Positions 37,540 through 51,600 of a stretch of DNA of 64,000 nucleotides are shown one piece after another; within the stretch, counting starts at the first letter, position 1, and every line of letters starts with the position of its first letter. A program made the translations under genes and the position numbers. Source of the DNA: Mobula hypostoma (taxonomy: Eukaryota). Where the stretch lies: the NCBI RefSeq assembly GCF_963921235.1, contig NC_086107.1:108440001-108504000 (forward strand), given 5' to 3'. The notes below the pieces were generated by a model, which was given only the letters and a program-made list of their open reading frames with translations, searched no databases and was not told the DNA's origin.

Positions 37540-38240
37540 CAGTGCTGTGCAAAAGTCTTAGGCATATATCTGTAGCTAGGGTGACTCAGACTTTTGCACC
37601 GTGCTGTAGTAATTTTATATATTGCACTGTACTGCTGCCTCAAAACAAAAGCAAATTTCATGACATGTGTGAGTGATGATGGTTCTCGGAGAGGCTGTAT
37701 CGGAGGGGCTGGTCGGAGGCTCGAAGTTTTCGGACGGAGTCAGAGTCGGCTGAGGTCGGTGCTTCCAATTCATCAGCAAGTTGTGGGCGCTTGGAGACAA
37801 GGAGAGTTTCTCCCTTCTGCCGCCTGCGTGAGATGATGGGGCTATCGGGACTTTGAGATTTTTTTTTACCGTGCCCATGGTCTGCTCTTTATCAAATCAT
37901 GGTATTGCTTTGCACTGTTGTAACTAGTTATAATTATGTGGTTTTGTCAGTTTTAGTCTTGGTTTGTCCTGTTTTTCTTGTGATATCTTTCTGGAGGAAC
38001 ATTGTATCATTTTTAATGCATGCATTTCTAAATGACAATAAACGAGGACTGAGTGTCCTCATAATCTAACGATAAACCTGATTCTGATATGGGCCTCTAT
38101 TGTGGACTGAGAGTGGGAAGGGGGCAGGGAGAGTGGGAAGGGGGCAGGGAGAGGGGAATCATGGCTGACAAAAGGGGAAGGGAAAGGGAAGGGAGTGAGA
38201 AGCACCAAAGAGACCTGTAATAATCAATAAACCAATTGTC
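37540..38240. mobile_element. Second copy of the composite Tc1-type MITE, split by an AAGATGGC-family copy (37681-38070)
   Basis: Hairpin end cagtgctgtgcaaaagtcttaggca...gactcagacttttgcaccgtgctg. The body is colinear with 20484-20710. Confidence 0.75.
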
Positions 38241-39071
38241 TGTTTACACAGAGTCGTAAGTTCTAGCAATGACCTGCTGGGTGTAGTGGCTGAGGCTGAT
38301 ACATTAGGGCCACTTAAAATTCTCTTGGATGGGCTTATGGACAAGAGTAATTTAGAGGGCTATGGGTACTCACAAGGGAAGGATTAGATTGATTGTGGAG
38401 CAGATTGAAAGGTCAGTACCACATTGTGGGTTGAGGGGCCTGCACTGTTCTGTAATGTTCTACGTCCTGTGTTTATCTGGTATTTAGAAGTGTTTCAGGA
38501 AAAATCTTCTTTCCCTAGACCTTTGAAATAAAATCCTTTAAATAACATCCCAAACCTGCTGTTTCCAGAAATATTCAGCAATAGTCAAACGAAAGGCAAT
38601 GGGACAGTGAGATTTGAGCATAACAGCTGGGCGTGAAGGTATAGAAGTTTGAAATGAAAAGCTCAGATCTCCAGGTGGAATACACAAGCTGTGGCAGCAT
38701 TGTTGAGAAAAAGAAGAGTGGGGGGGGGGGTCACTTGATAAAGGATTTTAACATCATGAAAGGATTTGTTGAATAGACACAAAAGTATTTTCACATGTGT
38801 GTGAACGGGGGAGGGGTCATCGATATAAGGGGACTGTTAATAAATAATCTTGGAGTTCAGAAGCAGCTCTTTTCTCCTGAAAGCTCTGGAAATGTGGAAC
38901 TTGCTCCCACAGCGGAGACTGAGGTGATCAGACAAGATGGAGAGGTAGGACAGGCTAGGATCCATCATTAAGGACCACCACCACCCAGGTCATGCTCTCT
39001 TCTCACTACTGCCATCAGGAAGGAGATTCAGAAGCCCCAGGCCCCACACCACCAGATTCAGGAACAACAGG

Positions 39072-39691
39072 ATACGAATTGGCAATAAACTGGACTGGTC
39101 AAAGAACACTGAGGCTGTCTACAAGAAGGGTCAGAGCCGTCTCTATTTCCTGAGGAGACTGAGGTCGGACGATGCTGAGGATGTTCTACGAGTCTGTGGT
39201 GGCCAGTGCTATCATGTTTGCTGTTGTGTGCTGGGGCAGCAGGTTGAGGGTAGCAGACACCAACAGAGTCAACAAACTCATTCATAAGGCCAGTGATGTT
39301 GTGGGGATGGAACTGGACTCTCTCACGGTGGTGTCTGAAAAGAGGATGCTCTCTAAGTTGCATGCCATCTTGGTCAATGTCTCCCATCCACTACATAATG
39401 TACTGGTTGGTCACAGGAGTACATTCAGCCAGAGACTCATTCCACCGAGATGCAACACAGAGCATCATAGGAAGTCATTCCTGCCTGTGGCCATCAAACT
39501 TTACAACTCCTCCCTTGGAGGGTCAGACACCCTGACCCAATAGGCAGGTCCTGGACTTATTTCATAATTTACTGGCATAATTTACATATTACTATTTAAC
39601 TATTTATGGTTCTATTACTATTTATTATTTATGGTGCAACTGTAACGAAAACCAATTTCCCCCAGGATCAGTGAAGTATGATTATGACTAT
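39072..39691 (+). mobile_element. Rex1-type LINE 3' end (second subfamily) nested in another Rex1 tail
   Basis: KKGQSRLYFLRRLR and ORF 39172-39543, ending in a (tatgac) tail. Confidence 0.85.
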
Positions 39692-40231
39692 TGCTCTTCA
39701 GTCATTAGGCTCCTGAACCAGTGTGGACAACTTCACTCAACTCAACTCTAAACGCATTCCACAAACTATGTTCTCGATATTTATTGCTTACTTATAAGGT
39801 CATAAGACCAAAAGAAGCAGAATTAGGCCATTTGGCCCCTTGAGTCTGCTCCCCCATTTCATTATGTCTGATCCATTTTCTCTCTCAGATCCAATCTCCA
39901 GCATTCTCCCTGTATCCCTTCATGCCCTGACCAATAAGTCCATAAGATATAGGAGCAGAATTAGACCATTTGGCCTGCCGAGTATGCTCTACCATTTATT
40001 TTTATATATGTTTTCCCTTTTTGTACTTGCACAGTTTGTTAAATTTTGCATGTTGGTTGTTTGTTCGTCTTTGCTGAGTGTGGCTTCCATTGATTCTGTC
40101 ATATTTCTTTGTATTTACTGTGAATGCCTGCAAGGAAATGAATCTCAGGGTAATGTATAATGACATGTATGTACTTTGATGATAATTTACTTTGAACTTT
40201 TTCCTTGGCTGAGGGACACTGAGGGGCAATT

Positions 40232-40700
40232 TTAGATAGATAGATAGATAGATAGACAGACATACTTTATTGATCCCGAGGGAAATTGGGTTTCGTTACA
40301 GTTGCACTAACCAAGAACAGAGTACAAACATAGCAATACAAAACCACAGACAATCAAATAATAATATGTAAAGCCATGCCGGACGGAAATAGGTCCAGGA
40401 CCAGCCCATTGACCCATGGTGTCCAACCCTCCAAGGGAGCAGCTGCAAAGTTTGATGGCCACAGGCAGGAATGACTTCCCGTGATGCTCAGTGCTGCATC
40501 CTGGTGGAATGAGTCTCTGGCTGAATGTACTCCTGTGCCCAGCGGTGTAAATGATATTACACACCGACATCGGGTTGGCAGAGGGAGGGATGTACACAAC
40601 ACCCACAATTGCATGTGAGATTTCCCTTGGCAAATAATATGGCCGGAGTCCAACAGCAAAAAGTTCAATATCTGGGCTACAAACATGTTCCTTGATCGTA
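40232..40700 (-). mobile_element. Internally deleted Rex1-type LINE (APE fragment fused to the 3' end) with (CTAT)n tail
   Basis: ORF 40307-40762 joins RPYYLPRE...VYIPPSA directly to GHRSTFSQRLIP...SFLPVAIKL. Confidence 0.75.
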
Positions 40701-40995
40701 ATAGAAACATAGAAAATAGGTGCAGGAGTAGGCCATTCGGCCCTTCGAGCCTGCACCGCCATTCAGTATGATCATGGCTGATCATCCAACTCTGAACCCT
40801 ATACCAGCCTTCTCTCCATACCCCCTGATCCCTTTAGCCACAAGGGCCATATCTAACTCCCTCTTAAATATAGCCAATGAACTGGCCTCAACTGTTTCCT
40901 GTGGCAGAGAATTCCACAGGTTCACCACTCTCTGTGTGAAGAAGTTTTTCCTAATCTCGGTCCTAAAAGGCTGCTTCTTTATCCTCAAACTGTAA
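40701..40995 (-). mobile_element. CR1 LINE 3' end
   Basis: ORF 40782-41015 (FRTEIRKNFFTQRVVNLWNSLP). Confidence 0.88.
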
Positions 40996-43052
40996 CATGA
41001 CCAGGCTTGCACCATCTGTTGTTAACTAGCACAGCAAGCCCCCCTCCTTTATGCTCACCGCTCTCAGTGCACTTCCGGTCAGCCCGAATGGTCCGGAAGC
41101 CCTTTATGGAAACCTTTTATAAAGGTGTATAAAATCAGGAGGGACATAGGTAGGATGAATGCACTAAGTCTTTTCCCCAGGGTAGGAGAATTCTGTGTTA
41201 TTTTCCCAGGGGAAATCAATCAGAAACTGGAAGGCATAAGCTTAAGGGGAAAGGTGTGATTGGAACTAGAGGGGCAATGTTTCTTTTGCAGATGGTGGTC
41301 AGTGCACGGAAGGAGCTGCCAAAGGATTGAGACAGGTCCAATAACAACTTTCAAAAGTCAGTTAGACAACTACATAGACAGGAAAGGTTTAGATGGATAT
41401 TGGCCAAATGCAGAGAAATGGGATTAGTTTGGATATATTAGCTGGATTGGTTCCTTAAGATTATTATAGTCCGGGCTGGTAATGGGGACAAGCTCCCACT
41501 ACCTATTAAATGCTCCCAATGGTGTGCATCTCAAATTGCCTCTGACAACCAAGTCCAGCTTCTGGCCTTCACGTGTAACTTAGCTACTAAGCCCCGCGGA
41601 AGAGCCAACAGTGGGTTAGTGGTGCCGTAAAACCAGCCGCTTTGGGCAGACGGGGCTTGTCAGCCGTGGTTGACAGCTCATCTAGGAGAAGGGAAACTCT
41701 GATCTCAAACCACTGCTGTCTTGTGGCTATACCCACTCACGGGAAAAGCATCGGGAGTAATCCCCGAGGAAAAAATCTGGAGCCGCAGTCCCTAGGGCAT
41801 CCGGCGTTGAGTTCAGCTCTGACTGGTAACTCCTGCGATGCTGGTGGTGCCAAGCTGCATCAGTCTCTGCCGTTCCTTTGGATTCATCGGCTGCGTGGAG
41901 AGGAGAAGCCTGCTACACGGGGAACAGCTTGCTCTCCGTATCGTACTGCCCTGCCCTGTGTATCATGTAGACAGCTGGGACACAGCACCCATACACCAAC
42001 GGAAGTCCTCAGATTAGCTGGATAACATGGACGAGCCGAGCCAAAGGGCCTATTTTCAAGCTGTAGATGACCATAAGACACAGGAGCAGAATCAGGCCAT
42101 TCAGCCCATTACCTGCTCTGCTGACTTATGTACTGGATAAGCACACGAGGAAGGATATGGTGATTACTGGAAGGAAGTATGAACACCAGCAAGCTGGACT
42201 AAACAGCCTACTCCTCTACTCAGAATATTTATTAGTGATTAGTTATCTTCCAGCCCTTTAAGTGGCTTCAACCCTAGATTTGATCTGGTGCTTTAGCACA
42301 ATGGGTTTTTTTTTCACTTTTTCCTGCAGGATCAGTCTGTCTGTTAATAAAATCAAACCATCCACTTATGATTGCTGCTATTATCTTTATTAGCACTCCA
42401 GTTATAACACGTAGCCTGACACCCGGTGACAGCTCGCAAGAATGCCAAATGAGCGACGGGTTTCTGAGAGGCCAGCAGTTCAGTTGACCCTCTCCTCACT
42501 GACCACTTCAATTTATCAGTGACAGATTAAAAATGAATCATACCTGGTGCTCCTGACGAACAACCAGACTTATTTTTTTTAAATCGTTTCGGAATCAGTT
42601 CATTATGAACTGGACCAATATTTATTAACAGAAGAGATTCAGCAAACGCTGGAAATCCAGAGCAACACACACGAAATGCTAGAGGAACTTAGCAGGTCAG
42701 GCAGCATCTATGGAGGGGAATAAGGGGTCGATGTTTCCCCCAATTTAATCTGAGCCTAATTATGGACCAATTTACAATGGTCAATTAACCAGCAATCAGT
42801 ACATCGTAAGACTGTGGGAGGAAACCGGAGCACCCGGAGGAAACCCACTCAGTCGCAGGGTGAAGGTGTAAACTCCTTAAAGGCAGCGGCAGGAATTGAA
42901 CCCAGGTCACCAGCATTCTAAAGCATCTCACTAACCCCTACACTACCGTGCAACCCCACCACCTTGCTTTCCACCCTGTCTGACTTCTACAATAATAAAC
43001 GTTTAATTAAATAGTTCTAAATGTAAGAATTGTACTTTATTCTTCTGAAGAT

Positions 43053-43315
43053 TAGATTAGATTAGATTCAACTTTATTGGCATTGTGCCGAGTACAGATA
43101 CAAAGTCAATGAAATGCAGTTAGTATCTAACCGGAAATGCAAAGAATAGTGTTATTTACAAAATAACTGAATAAAAAGTAAGTGCTGCAGCACACAAATA
43201 TAAAAGTACTGAGACAGTACAGTATGGGTGCAATACTGCTTAGCGCTGTGATGTGAGGTTCAGCAGGGTCGCAGCCTCAGGGAAGAAGCTCTTCCTGTGC
43301 CTGCTGGTGCGGGGA
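43053..43315 (-). mobile_element. Rex1-type LINE extreme 3' end with (AATCT)n tail
   Basis: Minus strand RTSRHRKSFFPEAATLLN, followed by a UTR ending caataaagttgaatctaatctaatct. Confidence 0.7.
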
Positions 43316-45449
43316 CCTTCTGGAGAACATTTTCTCCAGGTTTAACGCCACCTGTCAGTGTACTTACCCAAACCTCTTCAAAATAATCAACACAAGAAAG
43401 CCAGCAGATGCTGAAATCCAAAGCAGCACACACAAACTACTGGAGGAACTCAGCAGGTCAGCCTGCAACTACGGAGGGGAATTAAGAGTCGACGTTTTAT
43501 GCTGTGTCACCCTATGACTCCTGTAACAAGGGTGACCAAAACTCTAGTTCTGTGAAAGTGCTCTGACAGTGTTGTGGGGGTGGAGGCCAATCGTGATTAA
43601 GGAATGCTGATATATAGTCATCAGCATGGTCATAGGTTCATCCAGCACAGAAAATGGCCCTTCAGCCCTTCAAGTCAATGCTAACCATTCGCTCAGATTG
43701 TTCAATGCCATTTCCAGTACAGAAGTGTAATTAGAACAAAAAATTTGTTACTCGATCCGATGCAGCACAAAATCACAAAGGATACAGAACACAGAGTAAC
43801 AAAAAGCACACAATAAATGTAAATACAATCAATCTAATTATATAATTTATAAGCTATCGTATGTATGTCCATAAAATGGTGCAAAGCTGAACATAAGGTG
43901 ACTATGGGAAATAATACCGTAATGGTGGAGTTAGTGAGTGGAGGTGTTGATCAGCCTCACTGCTTGGGGAAAGTAACAGATTTTGAGTCTGGTGGTCCTG
44001 GTGTGGATGCGACGTAGCATCCTCTCTGACGGGAGTGAGGCAAACAGTCCGTGAGCAGAGTGGGTTTGGGATTCTTCATGATGTTACTGGCCCTTTTCTG
44101 GCACCTTGCTGTATATATGTCCTTCACGGTGGGCAGGCTGGTGCCAGTGATACACTGGGCAATTTTGACTACAAGTTGTGGAGCCTTCCTGTCCACTGAA
44201 CCGAGCATGTATGTGTCAAAACTAATCTAACTTACCAGTGCTTTGTCCATTGTCCGATAGGTGCCTTCTACCCTTATCCTTCTGACTCAATGCAGACATT
44301 GCAGTTTTAACCGTTTCTGTCAGGATATCCCAGGTGAATACACACAATACACGTTGTAGATAGTAAACTCTGCAACCACCATGGTGGGGGAGAATTCATT
44401 TTTACTTGTTTAGAGATACAGTATAGTAACAGGCCCATCTTCGAGGAGCAATGCCCCAAATGGCAACGTCCATCATTAAGACCCCCATCACCCAGGACAT
44501 GCCCTGTTCTCAATGCTACCATCAGGAAGGAGATACAGAAGCCTGAAGGCACACACTCAACGATTCAAGTTAAACTTCTTCTCCTCTGCTATACGATTTC
44601 TGAATGGACATTAAACCCATGAACACTACCTCACTACGACTTTTTTTATTTTTATTTTTGCTCTACTTATTCAACTATTTTATATTTATATATATAAATA
44701 TAAATACACACACACATTCACTCATATATATACCATAATTTATGTTTTTTCTCTATTATTATGTATTGCTTTGTACTGCTGCCACAAAGTTAACAAATTT
44801 TATGACATATGCCAGTGATAGTTATTAAACCTGATTCTGTTTCCAATTCTGGCCCAACGAGCCCACCCCGCCCAATTACACCCATGTGACCAATTAATCT
44901 ACTAACCCGTACGTCCTTGGAAGGTTCTCACGCAGTCACGGGGAGAATGTACAGACTACTTGCAGACAGTGGCAGGACTTGAACCTGGATTGCTGACGCT
45001 GTGGTAGCGTCATGCTATCATCCTGCCCTATGTATGAATATTTGGTGTGGTGAGTTGCTTTGTTTTGGATGGTGTCAGCTTCCCGGGAGTTGTTGGAGCT
45101 GCATTCAGCAAACTAGACGGAAGACACCCATTACCCTCCTGACAGGTGGAAACCCTTTGGGGGGCCAGGAGATGAGTGACTTGCTACAGGATATCAAGCA
45201 AATCGCGCTCGAGCTGCAGTTCTGGTTGCTGGTCCTGTTTAGTTTCTGATTAATGGTGACCCTCAGGATGTTGGCCATGGGGAATGTGACAACACTAACC
45301 CCACTGATATTAAGGGCAGAGGATTAGCTGTTCTCTCGTTGGAGATGACCATTGCCTACCACCTTAGCAGCATCATTATTCATCAGCTTTGTCCAGGTGC
45401 TGTTGAACACAGGCTTGGGGCTGCTACATTTGCTAGAATTATACATAGT

Positions 45450-48440
45450 GATAGTCATAAAAACGTACAGCTCAGAAGCAGGCCCTTCAGACCATCTAGT
45501 CCATGCTGAACCTACTCCCATCAACCTGCCACCGGACCAAAGACCTCCATACCCCTGCCATCCATGTACCTATCCAGAATCTTACACATTGAAATTGAAC
45601 CACTTGGGCTGGCAGCTCATTTCACACTCCCACGGCCCTCTGAGTGAAGAAGTTTCCCCTCATGTTCCACTTAAACTTTTCACCTTTCACCCATGATCGC
45701 TGGTTGTAGTCCCACCCAACCTCAGTGGAAAGAACCTGCTTACATTTACCCTATCTATACCCCTCATAATTTTGTATACCTCTATCAAATCTCCTCTCAA
45801 TCTTTTACATTCCAAGGAATGAAGTCTTATCTATTCAATCTTCCCATGTAACTCAGGTCCTCCAGACCTGGCAACATCCTTCTAAATTTTCTCTGTACTC
45901 TTTCTACCTTATTGACATCTTCCCTGTAGGTAGGAAACCAAAACTGCACACGATACTACAAATTGGGCCTCACCAATGTATTATACAACTACTACTACTA
46001 TGTCGACTCAGGCCTAGGGGGCCGGCATCGGGCACTAAGGCAAGGCATAAGGCATTATTCAACTTCTACATAACATCCTATCTTCTACACATAAGTTTAA
46101 TTTGTGAAGGCCAATGTGCAATGAGCTTTCTTTACGACCCTCTCTATTTGAGATGCCACTTTCAGCAAATTATGTACCTGTATTCCCAGGTCCCTTTATT
46201 CTTCTCAGTGCCCTATCATTGGCTGTATAAGACCTACCCTGGTTGGTCCTCTCAAAGTGCAACACTTCACATTTGTCTGCATTAAATTCTATCTGCCATT
46301 TTTCCAGTTGGTCCAGTTCCCACTGCAAGCCATGATAGGCTTCCTCGCTGCCCACTACACCCCCAGTCTTGCTGTCATCCACAAATTTGCTGAACCTGTT
46401 AACATTATTATCTAGATTGTTGATATATATGACAAACAATGGACCCAACACCGATCCCTATGGCACTCCACTAGTCACAGGCCTCCAGTCAGAAAGGCAG
46501 CCATCTACTACCATTTAAAAATGCAAACACGAGGAAATCTGCAGATGCTGGAATTTCAAGCAACACACATAAAAGTTGCTGGTGAAACTCTTGGGTCTCG
46601 GCCCGAAACGTCGACTGTACCTCTTCCTAGAGATGCTGTCTGGCCTGCTGCATTCACCAGCAACTTTTATGTGTGTTGCATCTACTACCATTCCCTGGCT
46701 TCTCCCCCAAAGCCTGTGTATAATCCAATTTACTAGCTCATCTTGAATGCCGAACGACTGAACCCTCTTGACCAACCTTTCATGCGGGAACTTGTCAAAT
46801 GCCTTACCAAAGTCCATGTAAACAACATCCACTGCCTTGCCTTCATCAACTTTCCTGGTAATTTTCTCAAAAAACCATAAGATTGGTTAGACATGACGTA
46901 CCATGCACAAAGCCATGCTGACTATCCTTAATCAGTCCATATCTATCCAAATACTCATATATCTGGCCCTTAGAATACCTTTCAGTAACTTTCAAAGTTC
47001 AAAGATTCAACTGTACTTATTATCAAAGAATATACAAATTATACAACTTGAGAGTTTTTTGCTTACAGGCAGTTGCGAAGCTAGGACCGAAAGAACACAA
47101 TTAAAAAAATAAGACCAACCACCCCTCACCCCAGTGCTCACAGAGAAAGAGAAGAAAAACATAAAACAAATCATATAAACAATATAAATTAGCAACAACA
47201 ACAGTATTCTGAACCAAATTGAGTCCTTAGATCCAAATCCATGCAGCAGGCCGGAGTAGGCCCAAAGCCTCAGTATTCAGTTCATCATATTAGCAGGCAA
47301 ATCACTGCAAAGTTTGCAGACACAAAGCACAGTAGCTGGGGGAAGTTTCGCAGCCTTGGTGTTGTGGATAGAGAAGTCCCCAGACTATCTGGGCTGGTGT
47401 TTAAATTGTCGGAACTTTGCACTAGGACCAAGACCCTGCCACCAGCGAATTACTCTGGGCCCAAACTTCACTCCCAAGGAAGCCATATTGATCTCTCTAT
47501 ATCAGCACAGCACCCAGAGCGAACCAACCTCATCCGATTCTCAACCTTTCCAGTCTATATGGCCCAGCATTTAGATTGTCCAAACAGTGGGTTGTAGCTT
47601 GCATTAGGACTTGGGCTTCATCATGGCGAATCGCTCCAGGCCTGAACATGCCATCCATTGATTTGCTTCGGACCTGGGTTTTACTGTTGAAGAAGCTGTT
47701 CTCAACCTTTCCAATGTGGCCCAGTGTTTGGAGCTATCTATCCTCATACCGGTGTTAGTTGGATGGGCATCAGAACTCCTCTGTCCCGTCTTCTCCCCTC
47801 CAAACCATTCACTCCAACCGGCACAGCTCCAACTCCAAGTACGTCGATTTTGCAGGGAACATCCTGTGAACTGCTTTCCCTTCGCTCTCTTCTTCATTGC
47901 TTGCGGTGATTGTTTACCACAATTTACTTCAAAAAAAAGTGTTATCAATTATGGTTTTAATTGAATTTCTTTGCTTTTAAACTACCAGTAAGCTGTCACA
48001 CATCTTCAGTAGTGCTATGTTAAACTGATGCCAGGCTCATCGGCCTATAACTTCCTGGTTTATTTTTAGAGTCTTTCGTAAACAGCAGAGCTACATTGGC
48101 TATCCTCCAATCCTTCAGTACCTCACTTGTCACTATGGATGATCTAAATACCTCTGCAAGGGCACCGGCAATTCCTGCACTTGCCTCCTGCAGGGCCTGA
48201 GGTTTCAGGCCCTGGGGATTTATCCACCCAAATTTGCCTCAAGACTGCAAACACATCCTGCCCCGTAATCTGTATAGAGTCAATGAAGTTGATGCTGCTT
48301 TGCCTTATTTCTATAGACTGTCCATCTCCTGAGTAAATATAGATGCAAAAAAATGCACTTAAGATCTCCCCCATCACTCTTAACTCCACGCACGGATTAC
48401 CATTCTCATTTTCCAGAGAACCAATTTTGTCCCTTGGGAA
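45450..48440 (-). mobile_element. Long degenerate CR1 LINE with nested insertions
   Basis: DKSPGP (about 48215), DVVYMDFGKAFDK (about 46830) and LGPLFVIYINNL/KFVDDSK (about 46400). Interrupted at about 45990-46060, 46516-46678 and 46990-48020. Confidence 0.85.
46516..46678 (-). mobile_element. Short fold-back Penelope-like insertion with 14-bp TSD
   Basis: TSD catctactaccatt at 46502-46515 and 46679-46692. Contains gggtctcggcccgaaacgtcgact. Confidence 0.85.
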
Positions 48441-48669
48441 CATTGTGCAGTGATGAGTGTGTTCAAAATTCAAAGAACGTTTATAATCAAAGTATGTGTC
48501 CCACAAACAATCTTGATACTTGTCTTCTTGCGTGCAGCCAGAGAGCAAAGAGTCACAATGGGATCCACAAATATCCTCACACAACAAGGACCATCAAATA
48601 CCCTTTGTGCGAAAAAAGAGCAAATCGCACAAACAATTAAAAAAAAGTAAACAAATCATACATCATCCC

Positions 48670-48770
48670 ATCTGCTGTATGAACATCTACTATGTGAAGA
48701 TCGACTTTAAGTAGATGAACTGTTATGAAGATCTACTGCATGAACATTGACGACGTGAAGATCGACTGTA
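48670..48770. repeat. Degenerate 15-bp minisatellite, about 6.7 units
   Basis: atctgctgtatgaac / atctactatgtgaag / atcgactttaagtag / atgaactgttatgaag / atctactgcatgaac / attgacgacgtgaag / atcgactgta. Confidence 0.75.
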
Positions 48771-49278
48771 TTCATTTATTCACACAATTTGTCTTCTTTT
48801 TGGCAAATTGGTTGTTTGTTAGTTTTTGTTTATATATAGTTTTTCATAAATTCTATTGTATTTCTTTATTTGCCGGTAAACATCTATAAGAAAATGAATT
48901 TCAAGGTAATATAGGGTAATATGTGTAGATGTACTCTGATAATTTTTATTTTGACCTTACTTACTTTGAACCAGCTGAAGATAGTTTGGCCCAGGACTTT
49001 TCATTCAGGAACTGCTGCTGAAATAAAGATTAGTTTTATCTGCTTTGTCGCTAGTTGTGCTCTGTGTTATTCTGCCGAGCATTCTGGACACACCATGTTG
49101 GAGTAGAAATGTGTGGCAACACCTTTGGATTGTCCTCCATACGTTAACGCAAATGGAGCATTTCACTGTACGTTTCAATACGCACGCGATACATAAACTT
49201 GGATCTTGAATCCCTGCCGCGGGAGTGTTTGATGAGATAGGGAAGATGGAAATTTTTCCATATCTGACCTGTCTTGAC

Positions 49279-49939
49279 CCTCACAAAATGCTGGGGGAGC
49301 TCAGCAGGCCAGGGCACATCTATAGAAAAGAGTAAACCGTAGATGTTTCAGGCCAAAGGAAAGTATAATTAAAATGGGAGGATCCTCATTCCCATTCTGA
49401 GATGTCAGTCCATGGCCTCCACTACTGCCACAATGCAGCCACACTCAGGTTGGAGAAGCAACATCTTATATTCCATCTGGATAGCCTCCAACCTGATGGC
49501 ATGAGTATTGATTTCTCGAACTGTTGGTATTCCGCCCCACCCCCATATAATTCACCATTCCTGTTTCTCTCTCTCATCCTATCTCCTTACCTTCCCATCA
49601 CCTCTTTCTAGTGCTTCTCCTCCTTCTCTTTCTTCCACGGTCTTCTGTACCCTCCTATCAGATTTCTCCTTCTCCAGCTCTTTATCTCTTTCATTAATGA
49701 ACCTCCCAGCTCTTTACTTCACCCCTCCCCTCTTCGGATTTCACCTATCACCTGGTGCCTTGTACTCCTTCCTCCCCTCTCCCCACCTTCTTGTTCTGAC
49801 TTCAGCTCTTCTTTTCTAGTCCTGATGAAGGGTCTCGTCAATAGTTTCCTCTTTTCCATAGATACAGCCTGGCCTGCTGAGCTCCTTCAGCATTTTGTGT
49901 GTTGATTTGGATTTCCAGCATCTACAGACTTTCTTGTGT
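49279..49939 (+). mobile_element. Penelope-like element with inverted 5' pLTR arm and 10-bp TSD
   Basis: ORF 49402-49611 (MSVHGLHYC...LRLEKQHLIFHLDSLQPDGMSIDFSN). TSD ctgtcttgac at 49269-49278 and 49940-49949. Confidence 0.85.
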
Positions 49940-50970
49940 CTGTCTTGACTCTGCTTTGTGTCTGCTCAATGGGACAATGCAAAAGGAGTCTTAGTCTGTA
50001 CCGACCCTGTGTTCTCCCTGTCTACGAACAGATTATGCCAAAATTTTTGCCGAGAGTGGAATACTCCATGGCAGACAGTGACACCACTGAGCTCAATGAG
50101 CAGAGATTTCAAGAGAACAGACAACCTTTCATTAGTAAGTCATGTTTCTCTTCTGATGAAAGACAACCTGAAGAAAAACATTCATTTTTTTCAGTTACTG
50201 TACTGACGCCCGTGCCTTCTTTTACATGAGATGCAAAAATCAAAGCCTTGTCTGATCACTGAGGTGGAAATAAAAGATTCCACAGTGAATGAAATATTTT
50301 TTTAAAAATCTGCAGATGTTGGTCATCTGAAATAAAAACAGAAAATTCTGGAGGTCATAAGGCTTCCATGGCAATCTTCATCTCCAACTTGACCTATTAA
50401 CTTTATTTCTCTTTAGACCATAAGACATAGGAGCAGAATTAGTCCATTCAGCCCATCGAGTCTGCTCTGCTATCCCTCTCTACCTCATTCTCCTGCCTCC
50501 TCCTCATAACCTTTGACACCCTTACAAATCAATAGAACTTAGAACATAGAACAGTTCAGTATAGCAACAGGCCCTTTAGCCCACAATGTTGTGCTAAGCC
50601 AATTAGTAATCCAATGGCCAACTAAACCAATCTTCTCTACCGACAGAGTCTCCACTTTAAATAAACGCAATGACTTGGCAACGAATTTGTCTGTAGTGAT
50701 GAATTCTACAGATTTATTATGACTAAATAAATTTCTCATCATCTCTTTTTCTACAGATGCTGCCTGACCTGTTCCAACACTTCCTGTATTACTGTTTCAT
50801 AAACGAACAAGGGTGGGTGACGGGGTGGAGATACAGTATGTCTCTAGTAAAGGAGGTATAAGATGCTCCTTTGCTCTACTAGCTTTGGGCAAGGTGTAGC
50901 ACCTGTTTATTAGCCCATCCCCCACCGATCAGGGTCTCACAAAGTCATGGGAGCAGGTGGTGGATGGTCA

Positions 50971-51600
50971 GGTGGAGTATAGGAGCAGGGATGTGATGTT
51001 GAGGCTCTATAAGGCACTGGTGAGACCTCACTTGGAGTACTGTGGGCAGTTTTGGTCTCCTTATTTAAGAAAGGATGTGCTGATGTTGGAGAGGGTACAG
51101 AGAAGATTCACTAGAATGATTCCAGGAATGAGAGGGTTAACATATGAGGAACGTTTGTCCGCTCTTGGACTGTATTCCTTGGAGTTTCAAAGAATGAGGG
51201 GAGACCTTATAGAAACATTTCGAATGTTAAAAGGCATGGACAGAGTGGATGTGGCAAAGTTGTTTCCCATGATGGGGGAGTCTAGTACGAGAGGGCATGA
51301 CTTAAGGATTGAAGGGCGCCCATTCAGAACAGAAATGCAAAGAATTTTTTTTAGCCAGACAGTGGTGAATCTATGGAATTTGTTGCCACGGGTGGCAGTG
51401 GAGGCCAAGTCATTGGGTGTATTTAAGGCAGAGATTGATAGGTATCTGAGTAGCCAGGGCATTAAAGGTTATGGTGAAAAGGTGGGGGAGTGGGACTAAA
51501 TGGGATAATGGATCAGCTTATGATAAAATGGCGGAGCAGACTCGATGGGCCGAATGGCCAACTTCTGCTCCTTTGTCTTATGGTCTTATGGTCTTATGGT
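50971..51600 (+). mobile_element. Young CR1 3' end inserted in an RTE-related retroposon (50810-51790)
   Basis: Uninterrupted ORF to 51499 and a (tatggtct)n tail; atggtca flanks both sides. Confidence 0.92.

Noticed and set aside
41072..41099. CTTCCGG...CCGGAAG inverted ETS-like pair or hairpin
   Set aside because: A 7-bp stem in an isolated patch between repeats; expected by chance, with no supporting context.
48670..48770. CRISPR-like array
   Set aside because: Contiguous degenerate tandem units without unique spacers, in a vertebrate intron.
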